Assembly: GCA_964597895.1 (NCBI GenBank)
Contig: CAZQZS010000004.1
Coordinates: 10,955 to 74,954 of the forward strand
DNA length: 64,000 nt
Origin: an uncultured Candidatus Saccharibacteria bacterium
GTDB lineage: Bacteria > Patescibacteriota > Doudnabacteria > UBA920
Direction of reading: 5' to 3'
Below, in pieces: positions 55,688-64,000 of this stretch. Every line of letters starts with the position of its first letter. Positions within the stretch are counted from its first letter, which is position 1. Under the pieces are notes generated by a model that saw nothing but the letters and a program-made list of their open reading frames with translations, was not told the origin of the DNA and did not search any database. The translations under genes and the position numbers were made by a program.

Positions 55688-56218
55688 TTATAATTGTAGT
55701 TTATCTCTAGAAAAATTATGCAAATATTTTGCCAGCAATTCCATGCCTGCAAATATTGGGTAAATTAAGAGTAAATTAACTAAAAGCGTTGGTAAAAAAC
55801 TTCTCCAAACCAGCGCAATACCCACATCTAAGCCGATCAGATCCATGTTACTCAGCATATTGACGTAAGCCCAAAGCCAGAATTTAGCAAACAATGTCCC
55901 TAAAGCTACCGCTCCCAAAAAAAACTGCCATGGTTTTTCGGAAAACAACCAGCGATTCAAAACCAAATAAGCCAGGCTACCGAGAATGATTAATCCCAAA
56001 CTAATCGCTCCGATTGGCAGTCCCGAGAAAATTTCCAGCCAAGTTCCACCAAGTAATGCAAAGAATATAAAATCGTAGTTGTTGAATGACCAGACGCTTG
56101 CCAGAACTAAAAGTAGCATCAAATCAGGGACAAACAACCCTAAATCCACAACCCGGAAAACGCTTTGGTAAACTACAACAACCGAAAAAACAATTAATGT
56201 AAAAAGGGGCCACTTCAT
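55688..56218 (-). CDS. mreD: rod shape-determining protein MreD
   Basis: 176-aa polytopic membrane protein immediately downstream of mreC (4-nt overlap). Confidence 0.55.
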   Translation of the reverse strand: MKWPLFTLIVFSVVVVYQSVFRVVDLGLFVPDLMLLLVLASVWSFNNYDFIFFALLGGTWLEIFSGLPIGAISLGLIILGSLAYLVLNRWLFSEKPWQFFLGAVALGTLFAKFWLWAYVNMLSNMDLIGLDVGIALVWRSFLPTLLVNLLLIYPIFAGMELLAKYLHNFSRDKLQL

Positions 56219-57015
56219 AGTTTTACTACAAACACATAATCTAATCGGTGTGATTTCACAGGTGAAATCAATGTCAGACGCTTAAACAGATCGTTTTCGC
56301 CAGATAAAACTTGATCAACTTGCCCAATCAGCAAATTTTTAGGAATATCTCGATCAATGCCAGCTGTGACTATTAAGTCGCCAGAAACAATATCTGCTGA
56401 CTGCGACACTAAGTCCAACACTAGACCTGAGCCAAACGAACCTTTTACAACCCCCTCAGTATCATTGCGAGACGCTTTGGCATCTACTGCAGACTGATTG
56501 CTAGTCAGAAGTACAGCAGTAGAATTATACTTCCCTACGTGGACAATTTTAGCAACCAGGTAGCCATTGCTAACTACTCCTAGACCAGCTTTTATCCCAG
56601 TGTCCTCACCACAGTTCAACACGATAGCGTCAGATGTGTTCTGTGGATCTAATGATAACACTGTGCACGGCTGTAGATTGTACTCAGACTTGGCTTGAAA
56701 ATTGAGTTGGTTCTTGAGCAATTCATTTTCTATGCGCAGTTGCTCCATTTCTACCAAGCGCTGTTTAAGTTCGGTGTTTTCGGCCGAATAGCTGGCGTTC
56801 TCTTTAACTAAAGCCGGCAGGCCAGTTAAGGTACTAGCAACGGTATGAATCGGCCGAATAATGGTATTAATCGCTGTCGTAGCTGGGCGAGGTAATTGCA
56901 AAAGCAGATACTCAAGTGGCGACAACCAACCCTGCAACTGCATGACCAAAGCCACGGCGATTATTACTAAAACGCTGCTGAATATAAAAAAGGTTTTGGT
57001 ATAGATAAAACGCAT
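56215..57015 (-). CDS. mreC: rod shape-determining protein MreC
   Basis: N-terminal TM, coiled coil (LKQRLVEMEQLRIENELLKNQL), beta-rich C-terminus. Operon position. Confidence 0.7.
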   Translation of the reverse strand: MRFIYTKTFFIFSSVLVIIAVALVMQLQGWLSPLEYLLLQLPRPATTAINTIIRPIHTVASTLTGLPALVKENASYSAENTELKQRLVEMEQLRIENELLKNQLNFQAKSEYNLQPCTVLSLDPQNTSDAIVLNCGEDTGIKAGLGVVSNGYLVAKIVHVGKYNSTAVLLTSNQSAVDAKASRNDTEGVVKGSFGSGLVLDLVSQSADIVSGDLIVTAGIDRDIPKNLLIGQVDQVLSGENDLFKRLTLISPVKSHRLDYVFVVKL

Positions 57016-57045
57016 TTGGTTTTAGATCTTTGTCAGGAATTAATC

Positions 57046-57148
57046 TTAGCCACCCACTTCTCTGGGAGCGCTCTCGTCTACCTTTCGCGCGCCTAACAGC
57101 GGGCTACGGTGGACTGGCGCTAGCCTACTCCCTCTGAAGTGGGTGGCG
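57046..57148 (+). repeat. E-family long-hairpin element copy E2
   Basis: TTAGCCACCCACTT...AAGTGGGTGGCG with a divergent interior that still forms a stem (GTCTACC/GGTGGAC, including a G-U-compatible position). Confidence 0.8.
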
Positions 57149-57170
57149 AGAAAAATAAATACTAAACAAA

Positions 57171-58223
57171 TTACTTAGGAATTCTAGAAAAGTCAGTTGG
57201 CAGCAAAACATCATACAAAGCTTCTAAGTCTTCAACGACTATGCCTGTGCCGCGCACCACACAAGTTAAAGGGTCATCAGCAATAAGAACAGGCATCTTG
57301 GTTTCATCGCGAATTAATTGATCTAAACCGCGCAGCTGTGCACCTCCACCAGCTAGCATAATACCTCGGTGCATAATGTCAGAAATAATTTCCGGCGGAA
57401 TTTCTTCTATCACTGCTTTGACATTATTCAAAATAGTTTTGACTGCTGGTGCGAGTGCTTCACGGATATGTGTATCAGTCACCAAAATTTCTTTCGGCAA
57501 ACCCGAAACCAAATCACGCCCGCGTAAACTGGCAGTGAGCTGCTCAGCCAAAGGATAAGCTGAACCAACCTTAATCTTGAGTTCCTCGGCTGTGCGATGA
57601 CCAATAAGCATACCAAAATTATCGCGAGCATACTGAACGATCTGATCATTCATCGCATCACCAGCAATGCGCATACTGCGTGCAATTACCACGCCACCTA
57701 GCGACAGCACGGCGATTTCAGTAGTCCCTCCACCAATATCAATGATCATTGATCCTTGGGCATCTTGCACAGGAAGTCTGGCACCGATACTGGCCGCCAT
57801 CGGCTCTTCAATTAAGAAGGCTTCGCGCGCACCGGCATTAACCGCGGCATCCTGAACAGCGCGCTTTTCTACTTCGGTCACACCCGAAGGAATTCCAATC
57901 ACTACTCGCGGGCGACGCAAAAAACTATAAGTTTGATTATGCACTTTATCAATAAAGTAACGAAGCATCGCCTCGGTAATTTCAAAATCCGAAATCACGC
58001 CATCTACCAATGGACGCGTGGCAACAATGTGCGTAGGCGTGCGGCCAACCATTTTTTGCGCTTCGCTGCCAATGGCCAGAATCTGCTTGGTGCGCTGATT
58101 CACAGCTACCACGCTCGGTTCATTGATAACAATACCCTTGCCTTTTACGTAGACGAGGGTATTAGCGGTGCCGAGATCTATGCCGAGATCTTGTGAAAAT
58201 CTTTTAAAAAGAAAGTCAAGCAT
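57171..58223 (-). CDS. mreB: rod shape-determining protein MreB
   Basis: GIDLGTANTLVYVKGKGIVINEPSVVA; actin-like ATPase motifs. Confidence 0.9.
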   Translation of the reverse strand: MLDFLFKRFSQDLGIDLGTANTLVYVKGKGIVINEPSVVAVNQRTKQILAIGSEAQKMVGRTPTHIVATRPLVDGVISDFEITEAMLRYFIDKVHNQTYSFLRRPRVVIGIPSGVTEVEKRAVQDAAVNAGAREAFLIEEPMAASIGARLPVQDAQGSMIIDIGGGTTEIAVLSLGGVVIARSMRIAGDAMNDQIVQYARDNFGMLIGHRTAEELKIKVGSAYPLAEQLTASLRGRDLVSGLPKEILVTDTHIREALAPAVKTILNNVKAVIEEIPPEIISDIMHRGIMLAGGGAQLRGLDQLIRDETKMPVLIADDPLTCVVRGTGIVVEDLEALYDVLLPTDFSRIPK

Positions 58224-59460
58224 TACTAAAATGAGAGATTATGTCTTTGAGAGGTACAAAACTAGTTTCGCCACTAGCGCGGGATTTTAATTCTGCGCTA
58301 TTTTCCGCCATAGTCTTGCCGGAAACTATGAGACGGTGAGGAATGCCTATCAAATCGCTATCGGCGAACTTTTCCCCGGCACTGGCTGATTCCCTGTCAT
58401 CATATAATACTTCAACGCCAGCGGCCTGTAAATCACTGTATAACTGGTCTGCAGTTTCCTTTACAGCTTGGTCCTTGGCAGCCAATACCACCAAATGAAC
58501 TTTAAACGGAGCAATGCTTTCTGGCCAGATAATACCGGCTTCATCGTGGTGCTGCTCAACTATAACGCCCATACAGCGCGAAGGACCAATCCCATAACAA
58601 CCCATCAATACCGGCTGCTGCGATCCATCTTCAGCCGTGTAAGTCAGATTGAAGCTATCCGAATATTTAGTTTTAAGTTCGAAGATGTTTCCTACTTCAC
58701 TGGCTTTAATCTCACGGTAATCGCTTTTCCCACAGTCAGTACACTTTCGCCCATCCTTAAAAATTTCTTTGTTCACCGCCAACGAACACGACTCGCACAC
58801 ATAAACAGTGTCTTCACCATTCGGAGTTTCAACTTGAAACTCGTGAGAAAACTTACTGAACGTGCCGCCATCGGCTTCTACATACAAAGCCGGAATTCCC
58901 AAACGGCTAAAAATCTTTTTGTAAGCTGTTGCAACTTCCTGATAATAAGCAGCCAAGTCTTCGGCCGTGGCGTGAAAACTATACAAGTCCTTCATGCGAA
59001 ATTCGCGGCCGCGCATCAAACCACTTTTAGCGCGGACCTCATCACGAAACTTGGTTTGGATCTGGTAAACAGCTAGTGGCAAATCACGATAAGAAGTAAT
59101 TACTGCTTTACCAAGCGGTGTAACTATTTCTTCATGGGTCGGTCCGAGCGCATATTCACTATCGGTTTGAGACTTGACTTTAAACAACACGTCTAAGGCA
59201 GTCCAGCGGCCGGTGGTTTCCCAGTTTTCTTTGGGTTGAAGGGCAGGCATCAAAACTTCCTGGCCACCGATAGCGTTCATCTCTTCGCGGATGATGTTTT
59301 CTATTTTCTGAAGCACACGAATCCCTAATGGCAAATAACTGTATACGCCCGCCATTTCTTTATGCACAAAACCACCCTGCTCGAGCAGTCTTGCATTAAC
59401 CGAGATTTCATCTTTAGATGCGGTCTTGCTGGTTTTGGAAAAATAATGTGATTGCTTCAT
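58216..59460 (-). CDS. proS: prolyl-tRNA synthetase, short archaeal/eukaryotic-type
   Basis: Class II core, no bacterial insertion/editing domain, about 414 aa. Start moved to MKQSHYF downstream of an upstream hairpin. Confidence 0.8.
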   Translation of the reverse strand: MKQSHYFSKTSKTASKDEISVNARLLEQGGFVHKEMAGVYSYLPLGIRVLQKIENIIREEMNAIGGQEVLMPALQPKENWETTGRWTALDVLFKVKSQTDSEYALGPTHEEIVTPLGKAVITSYRDLPLAVYQIQTKFRDEVRAKSGLMRGREFRMKDLYSFHATAEDLAAYYQEVATAYKKIFSRLGIPALYVEADGGTFSKFSHEFQVETPNGEDTVYVCESCSLAVNKEIFKDGRKCTDCGKSDYREIKASEVGNIFELKTKYSDSFNLTYTAEDGSQQPVLMGCYGIGPSRCMGVIVEQHHDEAGIIWPESIAPFKVHLVVLAAKDQAVKETADQLYSDLQAAGVEVLYDDRESASAGEKFADSDLIGIPHRLIVSGKTMAENSAELKSRASGETSFVPLKDIISHFSNA

Positions 59461-59485
59461 AGGATTATTCTTTATATCCTCCCCC

Positions 59486-59506
59486 ATGTTGGGGGAGGTG
59501 CTCGAT
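59486..59506 (-). promoter_or_regulatory. perfect 9-bp stem hairpin (CCTCCCCCA-aca-TGGGGGAGG) in rseP-proS intergenic/5' leader
   Basis: Read directly from the sequence. The T-tract after it is weak. Confidence 0.35.
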
Positions 59507-59522
59507 AGAGCGGTGAGGGTTG

Positions 59523-60659
59523 CTAGAAAAGATTTTTAATTGATTCGAGTTGCGAAACATCGCGTGCGGTGATTACCAACATTAGTAACAACAACGCCAT
59601 GAAACCGATTGCATTCGCGTACTGCTCAAATTTTTGATTATTAGGCCGACCGCGGAGCTTTTCTATAACTAAAAACAAAATACGTCCACCATCTAAAGCC
59701 GGAAACGGTAAACTGTTCAAAATCGCGAGGTTGAGCGACAAAAAAGCTGTGAATTGAAGCAGTGGTAAGATTCCCAAATCAACTACTTGGCCAGTAAGTT
59801 GTGCAATCTTTACTGGGCCACCCAGAGCTTTTACACCTTCGGAAGTTGTAAATACGTCATACAATCCTATAAAAATAGCTTGTAGCTGATTCACCGTTGT
59901 TTTACCACCCTCAAACACAGCCGCAGCCGGATTTAATTGCAAGACTCCATAATAACCCAAGCCAATTCCGATCAAGCCTTGAGAAGGATCTCGCTCTGTT
60001 GACACTTGTACAGAAACCAGCTTGGTTTCGTTCAATCTTTGAACCTCAAAATTAATGGTCTCCCCGCGCTTGGATTGAATATAGCTTTGCAGGCTATCAA
60101 TTTCGGTAATACTGTTGCCATCCAGAGTCAAAATAATATCCGTTGCCTGCAGACCAGCCTCCATTGCCGGAGAATTTTCTTTAATACTGCCAATAAGAAT
60201 CTTTTGCTCAGTATAAGTTCCACCCCGCGGTAATTCGGCAAGTTCGTTGACAGCAACCGGCAAGCCAATCATAAAACCGATTGAAAAAATCACCCAGGCT
60301 GCCAATACATTCATTATTACCCCAGCTGATAAAGTAAAAAATCTGGACCAGAACGGTTTTTTTGTAAAGCTGCGCGGATCGCCGGCTTCATCATTATCCT
60401 CACCCATAATCTTCACGAAACCTCCTAGAGGAATCGCGTTAATGGAATATATTGTGGCTTCAGTTGAGGTTTCTTGCTTTCTCCATACTACTCGCCATTT
60501 ACCATCAACTTTCTGGATACCGATTAGCCGAGGTGGAAAACCAAAGCCAAATTCGTGTACACCCATACCCGAACGTTTCGCCACGACAAAATGACCTAAC
60601 TCGTGGACAAACACGAGCAAGGACAATACGGCTATGAAGATTATTATTGTTATGATCAT
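59523..60659 (-). CDS. rseP: RIP zinc metalloprotease RseP (site-2 protease, M50)
   Basis: HELGHFVVAK (HExxH) in TM1, a PDZ domain, LDGG motif near the C-terminus. Confidence 0.85.
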   Translation of the reverse strand: MIITIIIFIAVLSLLVFVHELGHFVVAKRSGMGVHEFGFGFPPRLIGIQKVDGKWRVVWRKQETSTEATIYSINAIPLGGFVKIMGEDNDEAGDPRSFTKKPFWSRFFTLSAGVIMNVLAAWVIFSIGFMIGLPVAVNELAELPRGGTYTEQKILIGSIKENSPAMEAGLQATDIILTLDGNSITEIDSLQSYIQSKRGETINFEVQRLNETKLVSVQVSTERDPSQGLIGIGLGYYGVLQLNPAAAVFEGGKTTVNQLQAIFIGLYDVFTTSEGVKALGGPVKIAQLTGQVVDLGILPLLQFTAFLSLNLAILNSLPFPALDGGRILFLVIEKLRGRPNNQKFEQYANAIGFMALLLLMLVITARDVSQLESIKNLF

Positions 60660-60668
60660 AAATTGACT

Positions 60669-60774
60669 TTAGCCACCCACTTCTCCGGGAGCGCTCTCGC
60701 GGCTGATCCAGTCAAATCCGCATAGATTTGACTGGGCCGCTAGCGCTAGCTTACTCCCTCTAAAGTGGGTGGCG
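60669..60774 (+). repeat. E-family long-hairpin element copy E3
   Basis: 11-bp outer stem, GGGAG/CTCCC and GCGGC/GCCGC inner stems, perfect 11-bp apical stem CCAGTCAAATC-cgcata-GATTTGACTGG. Confidence 0.8.
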
Positions 60775-60791
60775 GGAAAATAAATACTTGA

Positions 60792-61349
60792 TTAAACAGT
60801 CATTAGTTCGGAATTTTTATCTTGAGCGGTAGTTTTAATCTGTTCGTTATACTTATCTACGACATCCTGCACTTTTTTCTGGGCGCCTGCGACATCGTCC
60901 TTAGTTGCATCGCCATCTGCTTCGGCGCGCTTTACCGCTTTCATAATTTCTTCGCGCACCTGGCGCACGCCAATACGAGCCTGCTCTTCAATCTGACCAA
61001 CAAGTTTGACCATTTCCTTACGGCGTTCTTCTGTGAGCGGCGGCAAATTAACGCGTATAACATTTCCATCGTTGCTTGGGTTAAATCCTAAATTAGCCGC
61101 CTGAATACCCTTCTCCACTTCGCCGAGTTGGCCTTTATCCCAAGGACTGATGGTTAAAGTCTTGGCATCGCTGACTGTGATATTGGCAACCTGGTTCAAA
61201 GGCACTTTACTGCCATAACTTTCCACCATTACTGTTGAAAGTAAAGCAGGGTTTGCGCGACCAGTGCGCACACTTGAAAGCTCATGATGAAAATGCTCAA
61301 TAACTTTTTCGAACTGATCTTTATGTTGATTGATAATATCTTGAATCAT
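60792..61349 (-). CDS. frr: ribosome recycling factor
   Basis: 185 aa, RRF signature (VRTGRANPALL; NLPPLTEERRKE). Confidence 0.9.
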   Translation of the reverse strand: MIQDIINQHKDQFEKVIEHFHHELSSVRTGRANPALLSTVMVESYGSKVPLNQVANITVSDAKTLTISPWDKGQLGEVEKGIQAANLGFNPSNDGNVIRVNLPPLTEERRKEMVKLVGQIEEQARIGVRQVREEIMKAVKRAEADGDATKDDVAGAQKKVQDVVDKYNEQIKTTAQDKNSELMTV

Positions 61350-61394
61350 ATATACCTCGGAGGGGGAACCCGGAAAGGGTTTTATTATAATTAA

Positions 61395-62438
61395 TTATTG
61401 GGAAACCCCTGCAAAAGCAATCTGCGCTAAGTTCCGGCTGACAACAATCGTAGTAACCAAACCATTAGTACCAGTATCGCTAGATGTCCAACTGCTGCCG
61501 CCGTCAGTAGTTTTTAAAATTACTTCACCTATACTGGCGTAAATGACTTCTTCGCCGGTTTGGGCAAATGCAATGGCAAACGGAGATGCATCTTGCTGTC
61601 TAAATGGCATATTAACATAATTCCAACTGCTACCGCCATTATTTGACTCAAATACTCCTAAATTGGTTGTCAGGTATAAATTTTCTGGATTATTAGGATT
61701 AATCGCAAGCTGACGGTAATCATTTGGGCGTGAACTGTATAAAAAGACTTCTGAATCTCTTCGGTTGACCCTAATTTTGTCTGTTAGGTGTTCAAAACTA
61801 CCACCACCGTTAGAGCTTTCATATAATCCAGTTTCTTTTCCCACTATATATAGAGTGCTTTCGGTCCAATAAATCCGGTTGATTCGTTCGCGGAGATTGA
61901 AGGCCAATTGCCACGATGCACCTCCGTCAGAACTGAGGATCACCGAACCTTTGCCTGTACCGATAAGTATTTCCGATGGGTTTAAAGGGTTAATACCGAT
62001 TGCACGAACCGGGTTTTCTTCACCTGCGTCACTATAAATTTCATTCCATGACTTGCCGCCATCAGCGGTTTTAAATACCCGCCCCCGTTCAGATAAATAT
62101 GCAGCGGCATAAATAACCTGGTCATCAAAAGGGTCAAAGGCAAAATCATACAACGGAACGCTACCTAAAACTTCTGTCCAATTTTCCCCCGCATCGTCGG
62201 ATGAAAACAAACCGCCGTTATAACTGGAGGCATACAACCGATCGCCGGCTGTATTGTAACTCAGCATGGAGATACTTCGCTCCAAAAGAGACTTGTCAGT
62301 ATTTACTATCCGATTCGCGCCTTGCCAATCCACACCGCCATTTGCGGTTTTTACGATTCCAACTTTTGCCGTGTCGGAAAAATTGCATGAAGCAGCCAAT
62401 AAACTGATAGCGAAAATTATCAATAAGAACTTCTTCAT
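61395..62438 (-). CDS. BNR/Asp-box repeat lipoprotein (Ycf48/sialidase-like beta-propeller)
   Basis: Lipobox LAASC. At least six S-x-D-x-G-x-(S/T)-W repeats (SDDAGENW, TADGGKSW, SSDGGASW, SNNGGSSW, TTDGGSSW). Confidence 0.6.
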   Translation of the reverse strand: MKKFLLIIFAISLLAASCNFSDTAKVGIVKTANGGVDWQGANRIVNTDKSLLERSISMLSYNTAGDRLYASSYNGGLFSSDDAGENWTEVLGSVPLYDFAFDPFDDQVIYAAAYLSERGRVFKTADGGKSWNEIYSDAGEENPVRAIGINPLNPSEILIGTGKGSVILSSDGGASWQLAFNLRERINRIYWTESTLYIVGKETGLYESSNGGGSFEHLTDKIRVNRRDSEVFLYSSRPNDYRQLAINPNNPENLYLTTNLGVFESNNGGSSWNYVNMPFRQQDASPFAIAFAQTGEEVIYASIGEVILKTTDGGSSWTSSDTGTNGLVTTIVVSRNLAQIAFAGVSQ

Positions 62439-63295
62439 AACTTTGTTTCCTGCAAAAATTGTTGGAGAACCAATTTTGTATTATAGTTTTTATTTAGTTC
62501 TTCTGCCGCTGTCTGCGCAGCGCGAATACTGCCAACCCTATTGGCCGTAGCAGCATCATGCAAAGAATTTTTAATGCCATTAGACCAGAGCTGTAAAAGC
62601 GTAGTTAGTTTGTCTGTCTCCAGCTCGGCAAGTTTATTGGCTAAGACTAAGGTGGATTGACCCTGGGCTGCTGTCTGCAATTCGTGCAACAGACTGGCCA
62701 TTTCTGCGCTCGCAGCTGCATCTTCTATGTATGCCTTGCGCAGGTTAGGAAAACCCTGCAAGCTTTGTGCTAAAACGTTCGGCAATTGCGTGGTCAAAGA
62801 TTCGCTTACTGGAAAGCAGCGCACTGGGACGATTCTAGATAACACTGTCGGCAAAGTGCTATTGCCATCTGAAACCAAAAAAAACATCGTTCCAGCGGTT
62901 GGTTCTTCTAACGTCTTCAAAAGACTGTTAACGCTGGCCGGTGTCGCCAATTGAAAATTTCTTAGCAAAAAAATCTTCTTACCTGCGGCGGCAGATGTTA
63001 AACTAGACAGCTTAATTAATTCACGCAGCTCAGCAATGCCATTGTCTTGGCCAAAATCAAATTCATACTTTTCTGGCTTAACTTGATCGCGCTCGCCGAT
63101 TTTGTCCGCAAACTCCAACGCTAATTCGTACTTACCTATCCCCTTTGGGCCAAAAAATAAAAAAGCATGCGGCAAAGATGCTGCAGAAGTAAGCAAGGAA
63201 TTTAGTAGCTGCTTAGCTCCCGCTTGGCCAAAACTTGACCAATCAGATAATTTTCGTTGATTTTGAACTGATTTCACTCTATTATTATAACACAA
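62435..63295 (-). CDS. holB: DNA polymerase III delta' subunit-like AAA+ protein
   Basis: LPHAFLFFGPKGIGK P-loop-like motif; about 286 aa. Confidence 0.6.
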   Translation of the reverse strand: MCYNNRVKSVQNQRKLSDWSSFGQAGAKQLLNSLLTSAASLPHAFLFFGPKGIGKYELALEFADKIGERDQVKPEKYEFDFGQDNGIAELRELIKLSSLTSAAAGKKIFLLRNFQLATPASVNSLLKTLEEPTAGTMFFLVSDGNSTLPTVLSRIVPVRCFPVSESLTTQLPNVLAQSLQGFPNLRKAYIEDAAASAEMASLLHELQTAAQGQSTLVLANKLAELETDKLTTLLQLWSNGIKNSLHDAATANRVGSIRAAQTAAEELNKNYNTKLVLQQFLQETKL

Positions 63296-63306
63296 AACCC
63301 GCCATT
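63280..63306 (-). terminator. rho-independent terminator after 162-aa gene
   Basis: ACCCGCC-attact-GGCGGGT followed by TTTTGTGTT on the minus strand. Confidence 0.55.
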
Positions 63307-63338
63307 ACTGGCGGGTGTGTAGTTGGAGAATTATGAGC

Positions 63339-63827
63339 TTATTCTACTGTGATTCGGCCAAAAGCTGACGGGGTTAAATGGTCATGAAAACCCCAGGCGC
63401 CGGTTTTGGTGAACTTGAATTCATAAGTTCCTCCAGGCGCAATGCCTTTGTCCGCATCAAACTCAGGGTAAATTAAGTGATCCGGGTGCATTGCTGATGC
63501 GGGCCAAAATTCTTTATCGCTATTATTTTTAAACACTACGATATCCCCGTTCTTGATTGTGATCTGAGCGGGAGAGTAAGCTGTTCCGTTAAAGCTGATT
63601 TCATGGACGACTACTTCGCCCATGACGTCGCTTTCATCGCTGAACTGGCCATCAGCTACGGGCTGCTCGGTTACAGGTTCACTGGTTGTTGCTTCTTGCT
63701 CTTGATTAATGGCTGTATCTGTTTCGGCAGCTTGTTCGCCAGTAGTGCGTGATTGCATAACCACAACTGCGCCAATAATGATTAAAGCTATCAAGGCGAT
63801 AATGCCGTACATTGCTTGTTTGCTCAT
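63339..63827 (-). CDS. hypothetical membrane-anchored protein
   Basis: N-terminal TM (YGIIALIALIIIGAVVV). His-rich C-terminal beta-type domain (HPDHLIYPEF...GFHDH). Confidence 0.4.
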   Translation of the reverse strand: MSKQAMYGIIALIALIIIGAVVVMQSRTTGEQAAETDTAINQEQEATTSEPVTEQPVADGQFSDESDVMGEVVVHEISFNGTAYSPAQITIKNGDIVVFKNNSDKEFWPASAMHPDHLIYPEFDADKGIAPGGTYEFKFTKTGAWGFHDHLTPSAFGRITVE

Positions 63828-63864
63828 AATTTAGTGAATTAATTGTTTGTCTAAATATTATAAC

Positions 63865-64000
63865 ATGACGCCAACCCTCCCAAAAATTATTGTCGTTGTA
63901 GGACCGACAGCTTCTGGTAAAAGCGAGTTAGCGGTTAGGCTTGCAAAAAAATTGAACGGTGAAATCATCTCAGCTGATAGTCGGCAAATCTACCGCGGTC
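63865..64000 (+). CDS. miaA: tRNA dimethylallyltransferase (5' end; continues past window)
   Basis: [39 protein letters not shown]-loop and MiaA signature. Confidence 0.8.
   Translation, partial: MTPTLPKIIVVVGPTASGKSELAVRLAKKLNGEIISADSRQIYRG

Noticed and set aside
59461-59487. Longer proS start (MGEDIKNNP...).
   Set aside because: The extension is encoded by one arm of a perfect 9-bp hairpin. ProRS alignments begin near MKQSHYF.
1-64000. CRISPR arrays, tRNA or rRNA genes, IS transposases and integrases.
   Set aside because: No direct-repeat/spacer periodicity, no cloverleaf-capable 70-90-nt GC-rich segments in the intergenic gaps (which are AT-rich or occupied by the palindromic repeats), and no transposase- or integrase-like ORFs were seen.

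Overview
This 64 kb window looks like chromosomal DNA from a small-genome, probably monoderm bacterium. A sortase, many signal-peptide proteins, a truncated AlaRS and a short archaeal-type ProRS suggest a Patescibacteria/CPR-like lineage, but that is inference only. Overall GC is about 45%.

Nearly all genes are on the minus strand. The conserved core includes pgi, alaS, an S41 protease, msrA/msrB, ftsQ-like and murF, serS, lysS, greA, folD, mrdA-mreDCB, proS, rseP, frr, holB, rplU and a partial miaA.

Accessory content found:
- A large cell-envelope glycosylation locus: four GT2 (one with the processive QxxRW motif), one GT4, a WecA-like transferase, two tandem PMT/ArnT-family transferases, a flippase, an O-antigen-ligase-like protein, and an rfbBC-rfbD-rfbA dTDP-rhamnose operon.
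- A secreted subtilase and a neighbouring secreted protein that share C-terminal repeat modules, next to a sortase.
- An ECF sigma / anti-sigma-like pair.
- A MacAB-type ABC efflux set with a membrane-fusion protein.
- An ankyrin-repeat protein.

Most notable observations:
1. A very AT-rich three-gene cassette at 13.4-15.9 kb: a gamma-class N6-adenine DNA methyltransferase, a candidate restriction endonuclease, and a 149-aa gene with its own promoter and palindromic operator. It sits beside a duplicated msrA 5' end.
2. A family of short GC-rich nested-palindrome repeats (GTCATCCCTGG...CCGGGGATC) with at least nine copies. Three of them bracket a GIY-YIG nuclease gene in a REPtron-like layout.
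3. A second family of roughly 100-nt long-hairpin elements (TTAGCCACCCACTT...AAGTGGGTGGCG), present three times between operon genes, with a G-U-compatible compensatory change that suggests RNA-level structure.
4. A GC-rich two-gene island of secreted proteins.

No CRISPR array, tRNA or rRNA gene was found.
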